Part shown: piece by piece, positions 18,006-27,169 of the stretch | How positions within the stretch are numbered: the stretch's first letter is position 1 | Layout: every line of letters starts with the position of its first letter | IMG/VR virus record: IMGVR_UViG_3300025789_000020 | DNA: 64,000 nucleotides | Reading direction: 5' to 3' (one strand) | Origin: a virus | Notes under the pieces: generated by a model | Told to the model about the DNA's origin: nothing | The model's input: only the letters and a program-made list of their open reading frames with translations | Database searches by the model: none | Translations under genes and position numbers: made by a program

Positions 18006-18031
18006 GATAAATATATGATATAGTATTTATA
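18006..18031. promoter_or_regulatory. Face-to-face pair of late promoters
   Basis: GATAAATA on + (18006-18013) and perfect TATAAATA on - (18024-18031), 10 nt apart. Confidence 0.65.
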
Positions 18032-18056
18032 TACGCACTTTTTCAGGAAAATTTTT

Positions 18057-20504
18057 ATGGCAGATGTCGATCTCAGTCAAGGTAGTCTACAGCAACTAGC
18101 TACACTAATACGTGGGGGTAATTCTGGCGGTGCAGGTGCCGGCGGCGCAAGCGGTGCAGGAGGTGGCGCTGGATTAGGTGATATTATTAAATCATCGGTG
18201 GGTGTAGTTGGCGCATTTACTAGTATTACTAATAACGGTAATCATGCGGCAACTGCATTAAGTCGAATGGCTAGTGTTGTTCCAGGTCTAGGCGGAGCCG
18301 CTAGTAAAGCTATCGGTGAGCTAGACGGATTAAGAACAGGCACACTAGTTAATGCACAGCATGGTGTGTCTATGAGTTTCTTAGACATGCAGAATAAGGC
18401 TAACCAAGCCGGTCTAAGTCAAGAACAATATTTGCAGGCTGTACAAAATTCTGGAATTGCACTAGATGCAGTAAGTGGAAACGCAACTGGTTCAGCTGAA
18501 AAATTATTGAAGCTTGGAAATAGTCTACAAGAAGGTGACTTAGGTAAAAATCTTAAAGAAAAAACTAACATGGCGGCAGCTGAGTTAGGTAACTTAGCAA
18601 TTGTTAGTCAGTATGGTGCAAAAGCTAACCTTGATAATCCTAAAGCTATGGAAAGGGCTAGTCAATTTGCAGGTGAACTAGCAACTAATTTACATCGTAC
18701 TTCGCAAATTACTGGACAAACTCACGAAGCATTAACTGCGGCTCTTGAAGCAAGATTAAAAGAACCAGGTGTTGTTAAGATGATGCTTAGTATGACTGAG
18801 CAACAACGCGAAGCATATGTAACAGCTCAAGCAAAATTATTAGGAATGGGACAGAGTGTAGGAGACTTAACTGATACTATTGCTAAAGGTGGTCGATATA
18901 GTAAAGAGAATGTAACAACTTTAATGTCCATGGGCCCGGCCGCTGGAGAATTTCAACGTGCAACCTATGCGTTAACACATGCTAAAACAGCTGAACAAAA
19001 AGCCGCTGCCGAACAAGCATTAGAAAAAGCCAAGTCGCACGTTAATGAATTTCAATCTAGTCAACGTTTTCAAAACATGATTAATCGTTCTACGCCTGAA
19101 ATGGCTGCAGGACTATCAAAGATTGCTGAAGAAAATAGATTGGCAGGACGACAAGTAGGTGGAAAAGCAGAAACCGGACTAACTGGGGTAAAGGCAGATC
19201 AAGCAACTAGGGATAAAGTTGATCTGCAAGGTCAGGGTTTAGTAAAAGATGCTACAGGTAAAGTGACTCAAGATTCTAGCCGTGCTTTTGACCAAGCATT
19301 GTCAAGAACGGAAGAAAAAGGAAGAGTCGCAAGTACAGCTGGAACACAAGCACTAGCAGATACTTCAGCAAAAATTGGAGCAGATACTGCTTCGATTAAA
19401 AAGTTTGACGGAGCAATGTCGACGGTATTTGGTGCAGGCGGAACTACTGAAGCAGCCGCAAAGAAACTACAAGCTGACTTTAAATTACTAGGCGATGTAA
19501 CTGGCATAAGCAAGCCTGGTGCCGCATCAGCCGCGCCAGCAACACCTGGTGCATCGGCAGTAGGCAATCGTGAAATAGGTAAACCACCAGGAAGAAAAGG
19601 TGGATCTAAAGATGCTACCGGTGACTGGTTTGAAAATTTTGGTGCTGAAACTACAGTTAATTTGCACGGTGATGAAGCAGTTGTTCCTAAAGCTCAAGTT
19701 AAAACGTTTATGCAAGATATGCAAGAACGTGCTTCGAAACAAATGGCTAAACCAGCTGTAGATAATAGTAAAAATATGTTATCTGACATGTTGCCCAAGG
19801 GCGGTCTTAAACTTCCTGAAGTTAAACCACCAGAGTTACCTAAGTTAAGTGAAGAACAATTAAAAACTCTTTCAGAAGGTCCCGGCGAACGTAACCAAGG
19901 AAAAGGTAGTCCCTTTTATCAAGAAGCATTAAAACTACAAGAAGATATTAAAGCAAGAGCTACTGCTCCTAAAGTTGAAACACCTAAAGCAGAAGTCCCT
20001 AAGCTAGACATACCTAAAGTTGAACCAAAAGCAGAAGTCCCTAAGCTAGACATACCTAAAGTTGAACCAAAAGCAGAAGTCCCTAAGCTAGACATACCTA
20101 AAGTTGAACCAAAAGCAGAACCTAGTATATTTGATCGTATAAAAACTCAAATATCAAGTATCGTATCTAAAACTACTGCTCCGACAGCTCCTTCTATACC
20201 AAAATTAGATAGTATTAGTGCTGACATTGCTAAACCAGTAACTCAAACACCGTTGCCAAAACCAGTTCCTAAAATAGAAACAGCAGAAAAGCCAGTTGAA
20301 CAACCGAAAGCGCAAACAGCTACAGCGGCTCAACCAGCGGCAACTGGCACTAGTGCTATATCATTAAAAGATCTCAATGACCAGCTAACGATGTTAAATA
20401 AACAAATGGGACAAATGATAAGTCATGCGGCCACCACCGCCGAAGCTAGCCAGAAGACAGCAAAGTCTACTTCTAGACCAGCAGGTAGCAGAGCATTAGC
20501 CTAA
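18057..20504 (+). CDS. Tape-measure-like baseplate hub protein (gp29-like)
   Basis: 815 aa Ala/Gln/Lys-rich helical protein with VNLHGDEAVVP motif and C-terminal coiled coil; divergent from the gp26-like chaperone. Confidence 0.6.
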   Translation: MADVDLSQGSLQQLATLIRGGNSGGAGAGGASGAGGGAGLGDIIKSSVGVVGAFTSITNNGNHAATALSRMASVVPGLGGAASKAIGELDGLRTGTLVNAQHGVSMSFLDMQNKANQAGLSQEQYLQAVQNSGIALDAVSGNATGSAEKLLKLGNSLQEGDLGKNLKEKTNMAAAELGNLAIVSQYGAKANLDNPKAMERASQFAGELATNLHRTSQITGQTHEALTAALEARLKEPGVVKMMLSMTEQQREAYVTAQAKLLGMGQSVGDLTDTIAKGGRYSKENVTTLMSMGPAAGEFQRATYALTHAKTAEQKAAAEQALEKAKSHVNEFQSSQRFQNMINRSTPEMAAGLSKIAEENRLAGRQVGGKAETGLTGVKADQATRDKVDLQGQGLVKDATGKVTQDSSRAFDQALSRTEEKGRVASTAGTQALADTSAKIGADTASIKKFDGAMSTVFGAGGTTEAAAKKLQADFKLLGDVTGISKPGAASAAPATPGASAVGNREIGKPPGRKGGSKDATGDWFENFGAETTVNLHGDEAVVPKAQVKTFMQDMQERASKQMAKPAVDNSKNMLSDMLPKGGLKLPEVKPPELPKLSEEQLKTLSEGPGERNQGKGSPFYQEALKLQEDIKARATAPKVETPKAEVPKLDIPKVEPKAEVPKLDIPKVEPKAEVPKLDIPKVEPKAEPSIFDRIKTQISSIVSKTTAPTAPSIPKLDSISADIAKPVTQTPLPKPVPKIETAEKPVEQPKAQTATAAQPAATGTSAISLKDLNDQLTMLNKQMGQMISHAATTAEASQKTAKSTSRPAGSRALA
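19986..20120 (+). repeat. 42-bp perfect tandem repeat x3.2 (KAEVPKLDIPKVEP)
   Basis: AAAGCAGAAGTCCCTAAGCTAGACATACCTAAAGTTGAACCA at 19986, 20028 and 20070. Confidence 0.95.
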
Positions 20505-20513
20505 GGATAACAG

Positions 20514-22262
20514 ATGAGTTGGAAAAAATATTTCACACCAGTACCAGTTAATGGCCAGCTATTAGGTCCAATCTCTGGTGCAAATAGTAGCGGATCTAGA
20601 CCTGGCCCTGCACAAACAAACTATTCAAGCTATCTACCTGATATCTATACAGGCAGTCCTAACCGTGTTGAGCGTTATAGTCAGTATGAAGTTATGGATA
20701 GTGATCCAGAAGTTAATGCCGCACTAGATATTCTTGCAGAATTTTGTACACAAAAAGTAAAAGATAGTAAAAGTCCATTCTCAGTCAAGTGGCGCCACAA
20801 GGCTACTAATAGTGAAATTAAGATTTTAGGTGAATACCTACAACAATGGAACAAACTACAACAGTTTGACACACGTATTTTCCGTATTGTTCGTAACGTT
20901 TTCAAATACGGTGATACATTCTTTATTCGAGATCCTGAAAATCAAAAATGGAGTTACGTAGATCCTGCTAACATTGTTAAAGTTATTGTAAATGAAAGCG
21001 AAGGAAAGAAACCTGAACAGTATGTTGTTAAAGATCTTGCTCCTAACTTTGAAAATTTAATCGCTACGATGATTACACCTACGGTAAGTCCACGTGCTGG
21101 CGCTGGTGGAACACAAGGTGCAAGCGGTAACTTAGGACAAGGTAGTTCAGGTAAAGGTAGTTCAGGACCTTATTCTACAAGCAGTGCTGGCGGACGCTTT
21201 GGATTAAACCAAAAAGAAAATGCAGTTGATGCTAAACATGTTATACATCTAAGTTTGTCAGAAGGATTAGATCAAAATTTTCCGTTTGGTAACAGTTTAT
21301 TAGAGAATATCTTCAAAGTTTACAAACAAAAAGAACTATTAGAAGATGCTATCCTTATCTATCGTATACAACGTGCTCCAGAACGCAGAGTATTTCACAT
21401 TGACGTAGGTAATATGCCAAGCCATTTAGCTATGGCATTCGTTGAACGTGTTAAGAATGAGATCCATCAACGTAGAATTCCTAGTCAGTCAGGTGGCGGA
21501 CAAAACGTTATCGACTCTGCTTATAATCCTTTAAGCATTAACGAAGATTATTTCTTCCCAACAACAGCAGAAGGACGTGGATCTAAAGTAGAAACATTGC
21601 CCGGCGGTACTAACTTAGGTGAAATTGATGACTTAAAGTACTTTACTAACAAGTTATTCCGTGGTTTACGTATTCCAAGTAGCTATTTGCCTACTGGTGC
21701 AGACGATAGTCAAGCAAGTTTTAACGATGGACGAGTGGGAACAGCATACATTCAAGAACTACGCTTTAACAAATACTGTGAAAGACTACAAAGTCTTATT
21801 ACAGCAGTGTTTGATACTGAATTTAAGATGTACATGGAGAGTAAAGGACTTAATTTAGATGCTAATCTATTTGAGTTACAGTTTAATCCTCCAATGAACT
21901 TTGCAAGTTCACGTCAAGCGGCTATGGATACTGAACGTATTAACACATTTAATACAGTTCAAGCAGTACCTTATATGTCAAAACGTTTTGCATTGAAGCG
22001 TTTCTTAGGTTTAACTGACGAAGAAGTTGCAGAAAATGAACGTATGTGGGCTGAAGAAGCTGGTAAAGGTCAACCAAATCACACAGATGCCGCAGGTGAA
22101 TTGCGCAGTGCAGGTTTATCTGCCGCAGGTATTGAAGGAGACTTAGGTGCCGCAGGCGATATGGATGCTCCAGAAGATATGCAAGATGCAAATGCAAGCG
22201 ATGCTAGCGCAGTAGGTGGTGCTCCGGCTGCTCCAGGTGCTCCTCCTCCACCGGCTGCATAA
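20514..22262 (+). CDS. gp20: Portal protein
   Basis: LLEDAILIYRIQRAPERRVFHIDVGNMP, EDYFFP...GRGSKVETLPGGTNLGEIDDLKYF..KLFRGLRIPSS. Confidence 0.95.
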   Translation: MSWKKYFTPVPVNGQLLGPISGANSSGSRPGPAQTNYSSYLPDIYTGSPNRVERYSQYEVMDSDPEVNAALDILAEFCTQKVKDSKSPFSVKWRHKATNSEIKILGEYLQQWNKLQQFDTRIFRIVRNVFKYGDTFFIRDPENQKWSYVDPANIVKVIVNESEGKKPEQYVVKDLAPNFENLIATMITPTVSPRAGAGGTQGASGNLGQGSSGKGSSGPYSTSSAGGRFGLNQKENAVDAKHVIHLSLSEGLDQNFPFGNSLLENIFKVYKQKELLEDAILIYRIQRAPERRVFHIDVGNMPSHLAMAFVERVKNEIHQRRIPSQSGGGQNVIDSAYNPLSINEDYFFPTTAEGRGSKVETLPGGTNLGEIDDLKYFTNKLFRGLRIPSSYLPTGADDSQASFNDGRVGTAYIQELRFNKYCERLQSLITAVFDTEFKMYMESKGLNLDANLFELQFNPPMNFASSRQAAMDTERINTFNTVQAVPYMSKRFALKRFLGLTDEEVAENERMWAEEAGKGQPNHTDAAGELRSAGLSAAGIEGDLGAAGDMDAPEDMQDANASDASAVGGAPAAPGAPPPPAA

Positions 22263-22269
22263 ATATAGT

Positions 22270-22509
22270 ATGATTCTTAGAGAACTATTTTATATTGATC
22301 CTGACACACGTAGCGTAGCTAATGATCTACGTTATGATGCTAAACGCGACGATACAGTTATGCATAGAACTGATACTCGCAAGACTAGATTAACCCTTGG
22401 TCAAATTAACGAATTGCGTAAAAGTAGTGAAGCTCATATATTAGAACAAGAAAACGAATTAGACTTTATACATTCAATGTACGCTACACCGCCTGCACCA
22501 GCGGCGTAA
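22270..22509 (+). CDS. Small prohead-region protein (79 aa)
   Basis: Start MILRELFY at 22270, 4 nt after TAAATA (22260-22265); between portal and core genes. Confidence 0.65.
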   Translation: MILRELFYIDPDTRSVANDLRYDAKRDDTVMHRTDTRKTRLTLGQINELRKSSEAHILEQENELDFIHSMYATPPAPAA

Positions 22510-22574
22510 TTCTAAAAAATTATCTGAAAACGACTGTTTTTCAGGTATATCTATGCACTTTTTTAATATTAGTG

Positions 22575-22580
22575 TAAATA
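22575..22580 (+). promoter_or_regulatory. Late promoter TAAATA for head core/protease/scaffold/capsid genes
   Basis: GTAAATA in the intergenic region upstream of AGGAGA SD and ATG 22624. Confidence 0.55.
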
Positions 22581-22623
22581 TATTACAGCCTTGTATCAAC
22601 AATCATACCACAGGAGAACTAAC

Positions 22624-23547
22624 ATGACTGACCGCGCTCAATTTGAAGCTATGCTAGAAGCTTTGATCAACGAAGATCAAGAAACAGCACAAGAAATTTT
22701 TCATAACATCGTAGTAGGCAAAAGCCGCGAAATCTACGAAGAACTACTAGAATCTGATTTCTCTAAAGACCAAGGTAACCCTTACGGTAAAGCGGATGAT
22801 GGCATGGAAGAAGAAGAAGAAGAAGAAGAAGAAGAAGGTTACGAGCCTAAAGAAGACGACGCTGAAGAAGATGACTCAGAAGAAGACGGCGAAGAAGATG
22901 ACTCAGAAGAAGAGCCAGCTTTTGGTGACGAAGAAGGTGAGGAAGACGGCGAAGAAGGTGAAGGCGATATGGAAGATCGCGTAATGGATCTAGAAGATGC
23001 ATTAGAAGACCTAAAAGCAGAATTTGAACAGCTATTAGCTGGTGAAGAACACGAAGAAGAACAAGAGCCAGGTATCCATGGCGCAGGTATGCCAATGCAC
23101 GATATCGAAGCAGGTATGCACGATGAAGAAGAAGCTGAAGGCATGCCAATGATGGAATATGTTAACAAAGTTCCAAGTCCAAAGCATGGCGACAACGGTG
23201 TTAACAACAAGAGCACATTAGACGGATCAATTACAAACAACATGGGCGGTACATCTGCTAACATCGTTGCTGGACACCGTGAAGTTAGTGCTGATGTTGG
23301 TGCTAAGTCAAAAGTTACAGGTACTGGCGTATTCAAAGGTGAACCTAAATTGCAAAACGGTGGAAACATCAACGTTCCAGGCGGCAAAGCAGGTAAGACG
23401 GCTTTCAAAACCCAAGTTAAGGGCGGCGGAATTGATCGTCAAGCAGGTTTTAACAAGCCAGGTCAGAACATAGGTGCTGGCACAGGCAAAAACGAAACCA
23501 CTGGCGAAAAGAATACACAAAGTACTCTACGTCCAATTAAGAAATAA
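22624..23547 (+). CDS. Acidic prohead core protein (gp67/gp68-like position)
   Basis: Start MTDRAQFE with AGGAGA SD; very Glu/Asp-rich, DLEDALEDLKAEFEQLL coiled coil; directly upstream of gp21. Confidence 0.65.
   Translation: MTDRAQFEAMLEALINEDQETAQEIFHNIVVGKSREIYEELLESDFSKDQGNPYGKADDGMEEEEEEEEEEGYEPKEDDAEEDDSEEDGEEDDSEEEPAFGDEEGEEDGEEGEGDMEDRVMDLEDALEDLKAEFEQLLAGEEHEEEQEPGIHGAGMPMHDIEAGMHDEEEAEGMPMMEYVNKVPSPKHGDNGVNNKSTLDGSITNNMGGTSANIVAGHREVSADVGAKSKVTGTGVFKGEPKLQNGGNINVPGGKAGKTAFKTQVKGGGIDRQAGFNKPGQNIGAGTGKNETTGEKNTQSTLRPIKK
22807..22836 (+). repeat. (GAA)10 trinucleotide run encoding poly-Glu
   Basis: Ten consecutive GAA codons. Confidence 0.95.
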
Positions 23548-23562
23548 GAGAACATATAATAT

Positions 23563-24189
23563 ATGTTATACCTCCGAGAGAATCTCAGTTTCAACGAAGC
23601 AAAAATGATCGTTGAATCTGATGACAAAGATGGGAAAAACTTATACATGTCCGGGATTTGCATCCAGGGCGGTATACGTAACGCTAACCAGCGTGTTTAC
23701 CCTGTTAATGAGATTGGCAAGGCTGTTAAGACCCTTAACGATCAGATTCAGAACGGTTATTCAGTTCTCGGGGAAGTGGATCATCCTGATGATCTAAAAA
23801 TTAACCTGGATCGTGTGTCACACATGATAACAAATATGTGGATGGACGGTCCAAACGGTTACGGGAAGTTGAAAATACTTCCAACACCAATGGGACAACT
23901 AATCAAGACAATGCTGGAAAGCGGAGTTAAGTTAGGAGTGTCAAGTCGCGGATCCGGAAACGTCAGAGATGACGGATCCGGTGAAGTATCGGATTTTGAG
24001 ATTATCACAGTAGATATGGTAGCTCAACCCAGTGCTCCTGGAGCATACCCAACACCAATTTACGAACACCTGATGAATAGTCGCGGTGGTTTTAATGCCT
24101 TGCGTATAGCGCAAGAGGTGAAAGGTGACCCTAAGGCACAGAAATATCTCAAAGAGAGTTTATTAGAAATAATAAACAAACTCCAATAA
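23563..24189 (+). CDS. gp21: Prohead protease
   Basis: RNANQRVYP, LGEVDHP, INLDRVSH, GVSSRGSG, DMVAQPSAPGA. Confidence 0.95.
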   Translation: MLYLRENLSFNEAKMIVESDDKDGKNLYMSGICIQGGIRNANQRVYPVNEIGKAVKTLNDQIQNGYSVLGEVDHPDDLKINLDRVSHMITNMWMDGPNGYGKLKILPTPMGQLIKTMLESGVKLGVSSRGSGNVRDDGSGEVSDFEIITVDMVAQPSAPGAYPTPIYEHLMNSRGGFNALRIAQEVKGDPKAQKYLKESLLEIINKLQ

Positions 24190-24202
24190 TAAGGAGAATC
24201 AT

Positions 24203-25306
24203 ATGTTGGATGCACTAAAAGGTTTATTTGAAAACAATATGATTTCTGAAGAGATCAAAGAGTCAATTGAGGCTGCTTTCGAAACTCGTATCAACGAGGC
24301 TCGTACACAAGTAGCTGAACAATTACGTGAAGAGTTTGCACAAAAGTATGAACACGACAAATCAACAATGATTGAAGCAGTAGATCGCATGATCTCTGAA
24401 CAATTAGCCGCTGAGATTGTTGAGTTCGCCGATGATCGTAATCAATTAGCTGAGATGAAAGTCAAGTATGCTAAGAAGATGAAGAAAGATGCTGAAGTAA
24501 TGAAGGAATTTGTTACACGTCAGTTAGCTTCTGAAGTTCGTGAATTACACGAAGATCAAGTAGTAATGGCAACTAAATTTGGTAAACTAGAACAATTCGT
24601 AGTTGAGGCTCTAGCTCAAGAAATCACAGAGTTTTACAAAGACAAGCAAGACTTAGCCGAAACAAAAGTTCGTCTAGTTCGTGAAGGTCGTGAACAGATC
24701 AAGAAGGTACAACAAGAGTTTGTTACCCGTGCCGCTAAGATGGTTGAATCAGTTGTAACTGAGAATTTAAATTCTGAAATTACAGCATTGAAAGAAGACA
24801 TCGAAGCCGCTCGTCGCGCAGATTTTGGACGTAAACTATTCGAGGCTTTTGCCGCTGAATATTCTACAAGCTACCTAAATGAAAAATCGGAAACAGCAAA
24901 ATTACTCAAAGTCATAGACTTGAAAGATTTAGCAATGCAAGAAGCCGCGCAAGCAGTTGCAAAAGCAGAACAAATCTTAGAAAGTAAAGAAGCACAAATC
25001 CGTGCTCTCAAAGAGAGTCAAGAAAGAAAAGCAATCATGCATGAGTTGTTAGCTCCTCTAAACAATGAGCAACGTTCAATCATGGGTGAATTAATGGAGT
25101 CTGTGAAAACAGAACGTCTAAACGAAAGTTTTGAAAAGTATCTTCCATCAGTTATCTCTGGTAACACTGGAAGAGCTCCGCAGAAGAAACAGGCACTTGT
25201 AGAGGCAAAAGAAGTCACAGGAAATAAAATTTCCAACACCAAACATAGTAGCGAGTCAGATGCCAATATCATTGATATTCGCAAACTTGCTGGACTAAAA
25301 TTTTAA
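24203..25306 (+). CDS. gp22: Prohead scaffolding protein
   Basis: Glu/Lys-rich coiled-coil protein between gp21 and gp23. Confidence 0.8.
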   Translation: MLDALKGLFENNMISEEIKESIEAAFETRINEARTQVAEQLREEFAQKYEHDKSTMIEAVDRMISEQLAAEIVEFADDRNQLAEMKVKYAKKMKKDAEVMKEFVTRQLASEVRELHEDQVVMATKFGKLEQFVVEALAQEITEFYKDKQDLAETKVRLVREGREQIKKVQQEFVTRAAKMVESVVTENLNSEITALKEDIEAARRADFGRKLFEAFAAEYSTSYLNEKSETAKLLKVIDLKDLAMQEAAQAVAKAEQILESKEAQIRALKESQERKAIMHELLAPLNNEQRSIMGELMESVKTERLNESFEKYLPSVISGNTGRAPQKKQALVEAKEVTGNKISNTKHSSESDANIIDIRKLAGLKF

Positions 25307-25318
25307 GGAGAAATTTAA

Positions 25319-26494
25319 ATGTCAGAACTATTAAACGGACGTTGGGCAGAAACTAAAGAAGCACTTTTAGAAGGCCTACAAGGCACTAAAAAATCAGTAA
25401 TGAGCGTGGCTCTTGAGAATACTCGTAAGTATCTTGCAGAATCCGCTACTGCTGGTGCTACTTCTGCCGGTAACGTCGCAACACTAAATCGCGTGATTCT
25501 TCCAGTAATCCGCCGCGTAATGCCAACCGTTATCGCTAACGAGTTGTTAGGCGTACAACCAATGACTGGTCCAGTAGGACAAATTCACACTCTACGTGTT
25601 CGCTACGCTGATTCATCATCAGGCGCTGGTGTAGTAGCTGGTGAAGAGGCATTGAGCCCATTCAAGATTGCGGCTTCTTACTCTGGTAACACAACTGACG
25701 CAACTCCTAAGGCTAGCTCAACAGCTACTTTAGAAGGTACAGCTGGTAACAGATTAAGTATCCAAATCTTGAAACAAACAGTTGAAGCGAAGACACGTAA
25801 ATTGTCAGCTCGTTGGACTTTTGAATCAGCTCAAGATGCACAAGCACAACAAGGTATTGACGTAGAAGCTGAAATCATGGCTGCTTTAGCACAAGAAATT
25901 ACTGCTGAAATCGACCAAGAAATTCTAGCTAGCCTACAATCATTAGCTGGTACAGCTTTATACACATACGACCAAGCGTCTGTATCTGGTACAGCAACAT
26001 TCGTAGGTGATGAGCATGCTGCCTTAGCAGTTATGATCAACCGCGTTGCTAACTTGATCGCTCAACGTACACGTCGTGGTGCTGGTAACTACGCTGTTGT
26101 ATCACCATTTGCATTGACAATTCTACAATCTGCTACTACTTCAGCTTTTGCTCGTACAACAGAAGGTACATTCGAAGCTCCTACAAACACTAAGTTTGTT
26201 GGTACATTGAACAATGCTATGAAAGTTTATGTTAACTCATACGCTTCTGATACACAAAGCATCCTAGTTGGTTACAAAGGTGCTAGCGAATCTGATGCTC
26301 CTGCATTCTATTGCCCATACATTCCATTGATGAGCAGTGGTGTTGTATTGGATCCATCAACATTCGAACCAGTAGTAAGCTTCATGACACGTTATGGATA
26401 TGTTGAGTTGTCAAACACAGCAAGTTCATTGGGTAATGCCGCTGACTACTTAGGTTTAGTTGGTATCACTTCAGCTAACGTTAAGTTCCAGTAA
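25319..26494 (+). CDS. gp23: Major capsid protein
   Basis: GVQPMTGPVGQI, VEAKTRKLSARWTFESAQD, EITAEIDQEI, FYCPYIPL, DPSTFEPVVSFMTRYG. Confidence 0.97.
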   Translation: MSELLNGRWAETKEALLEGLQGTKKSVMSVALENTRKYLAESATAGATSAGNVATLNRVILPVIRRVMPTVIANELLGVQPMTGPVGQIHTLRVRYADSSSGAGVVAGEEALSPFKIAASYSGNTTDATPKASSTATLEGTAGNRLSIQILKQTVEAKTRKLSARWTFESAQDAQAQQGIDVEAEIMAALAQEITAEIDQEILASLQSLAGTALYTYDQASVSGTATFVGDEHAALAVMINRVANLIAQRTRRGAGNYAVVSPFALTILQSATTSAFARTTEGTFEAPTNTKFVGTLNNAMKVYVNSYASDTQSILVGYKGASESDAPAFYCPYIPLMSSGVVLDPSTFEPVVSFMTRYGYVELSNTASSLGNAADYLGLVGITSANVKFQ

Positions 26495-26521
26495 TCCTGT
26501 AACTTTTGCTTTAGTAAAATT

Positions 26522-26549
26522 AAAAACGCCCTCCGGGGCGTTTTTCTTT
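26522..26549 (+). terminator. Intrinsic terminator after gp23
   Basis: AAAAACGCCC-TCCG-GGGCGTTTTT-CTTT. Confidence 0.9.
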
Positions 26550-26562
26550 GGGTAAATACTAG

Positions 26563-27078
26563 ATGATTACTACTAACTTTCTTAAATCAACCACTGTAAC
26601 TCAAGTAACTACAGATAACAGTATCGACTGGACACATCCTATGGGTAGTATCGGGGAAGATGCGTTCCAATATGCTGTTAGTTCTAAGCCATTGCATACA
26701 ATATCAGGTTTGTGGCAAGAAAGATTTGCCTCAATAACTAGTCAACTTTGGTTTACAAATTTTCCGTTCGCTCCTAATGGATCAACACTATTAGGGGTTG
26801 AAGTACAAATAAATGCAATACGAGCATCTAGAATACAGGACTATGTTGTACAGCTAGTATTAAACGGTGAACGTGTTGGTGATAATCTTGCAGATCCAGG
26901 ATTAGATAACTATAAAATTTATGGATCGCCTACTAATCTATGGAATAGTCCAATACAACTAGTAGATACAATTAATGTAAATTTTGGTGTTGTAATTGCG
27001 CTTAGAAGCAATGTTCTTACTCCACATACTGATACTGCATACATTGACAACGTGGCTATGCGAATCACTTACGTATAA
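26563..27078 (+). CDS. Hypothetical beta-rich virion-associated protein
   Basis: 171 aa; TAAATA 4 nt upstream of ATG; follows gp23. Confidence 0.6.
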   Translation: MITTNFLKSTTVTQVTTDNSIDWTHPMGSIGEDAFQYAVSSKPLHTISGLWQERFASITSQLWFTNFPFAPNGSTLLGVEVQINAIRASRIQDYVVQLVLNGERVGDNLADPGLDNYKIYGSPTNLWNSPIQLVDTINVNFGVVIALRSNVLTPHTDTAYIDNVAMRITYV

Positions 27079-27169
27079 ATACAATGTATGACTCACATGG
27101 GGTGAGTTTTATGCGGAAATCCAACCGCGTACGGCCTAGAACGCCGTTTTTCTTAAAGGAGAAAACAAA
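27074..27169 (+). promoter_or_regulatory. Perfect late promoter TATAAATA plus four-hairpin 5' leader
   Basis: TATAAATA 27074-27081; stems ACTCAC/GTGAGT, ATGCGG/CCGCGT, ACGGC/GCCGT, TTTTCT/AGAAAA (the last overlaps the SD). Confidence 0.7.

Noticed and set aside
19986-20120. CRISPR-like array
   Set aside because: Repeats are contiguous with no spacers, in frame within a CDS, and no cas genes are present.
22216-22623. Track starts at 22216 and 22591 (also 9905)
   Set aside because: Better starts at 22270 (after late promoter), 22624 (AGGAGA SD) and 9890.
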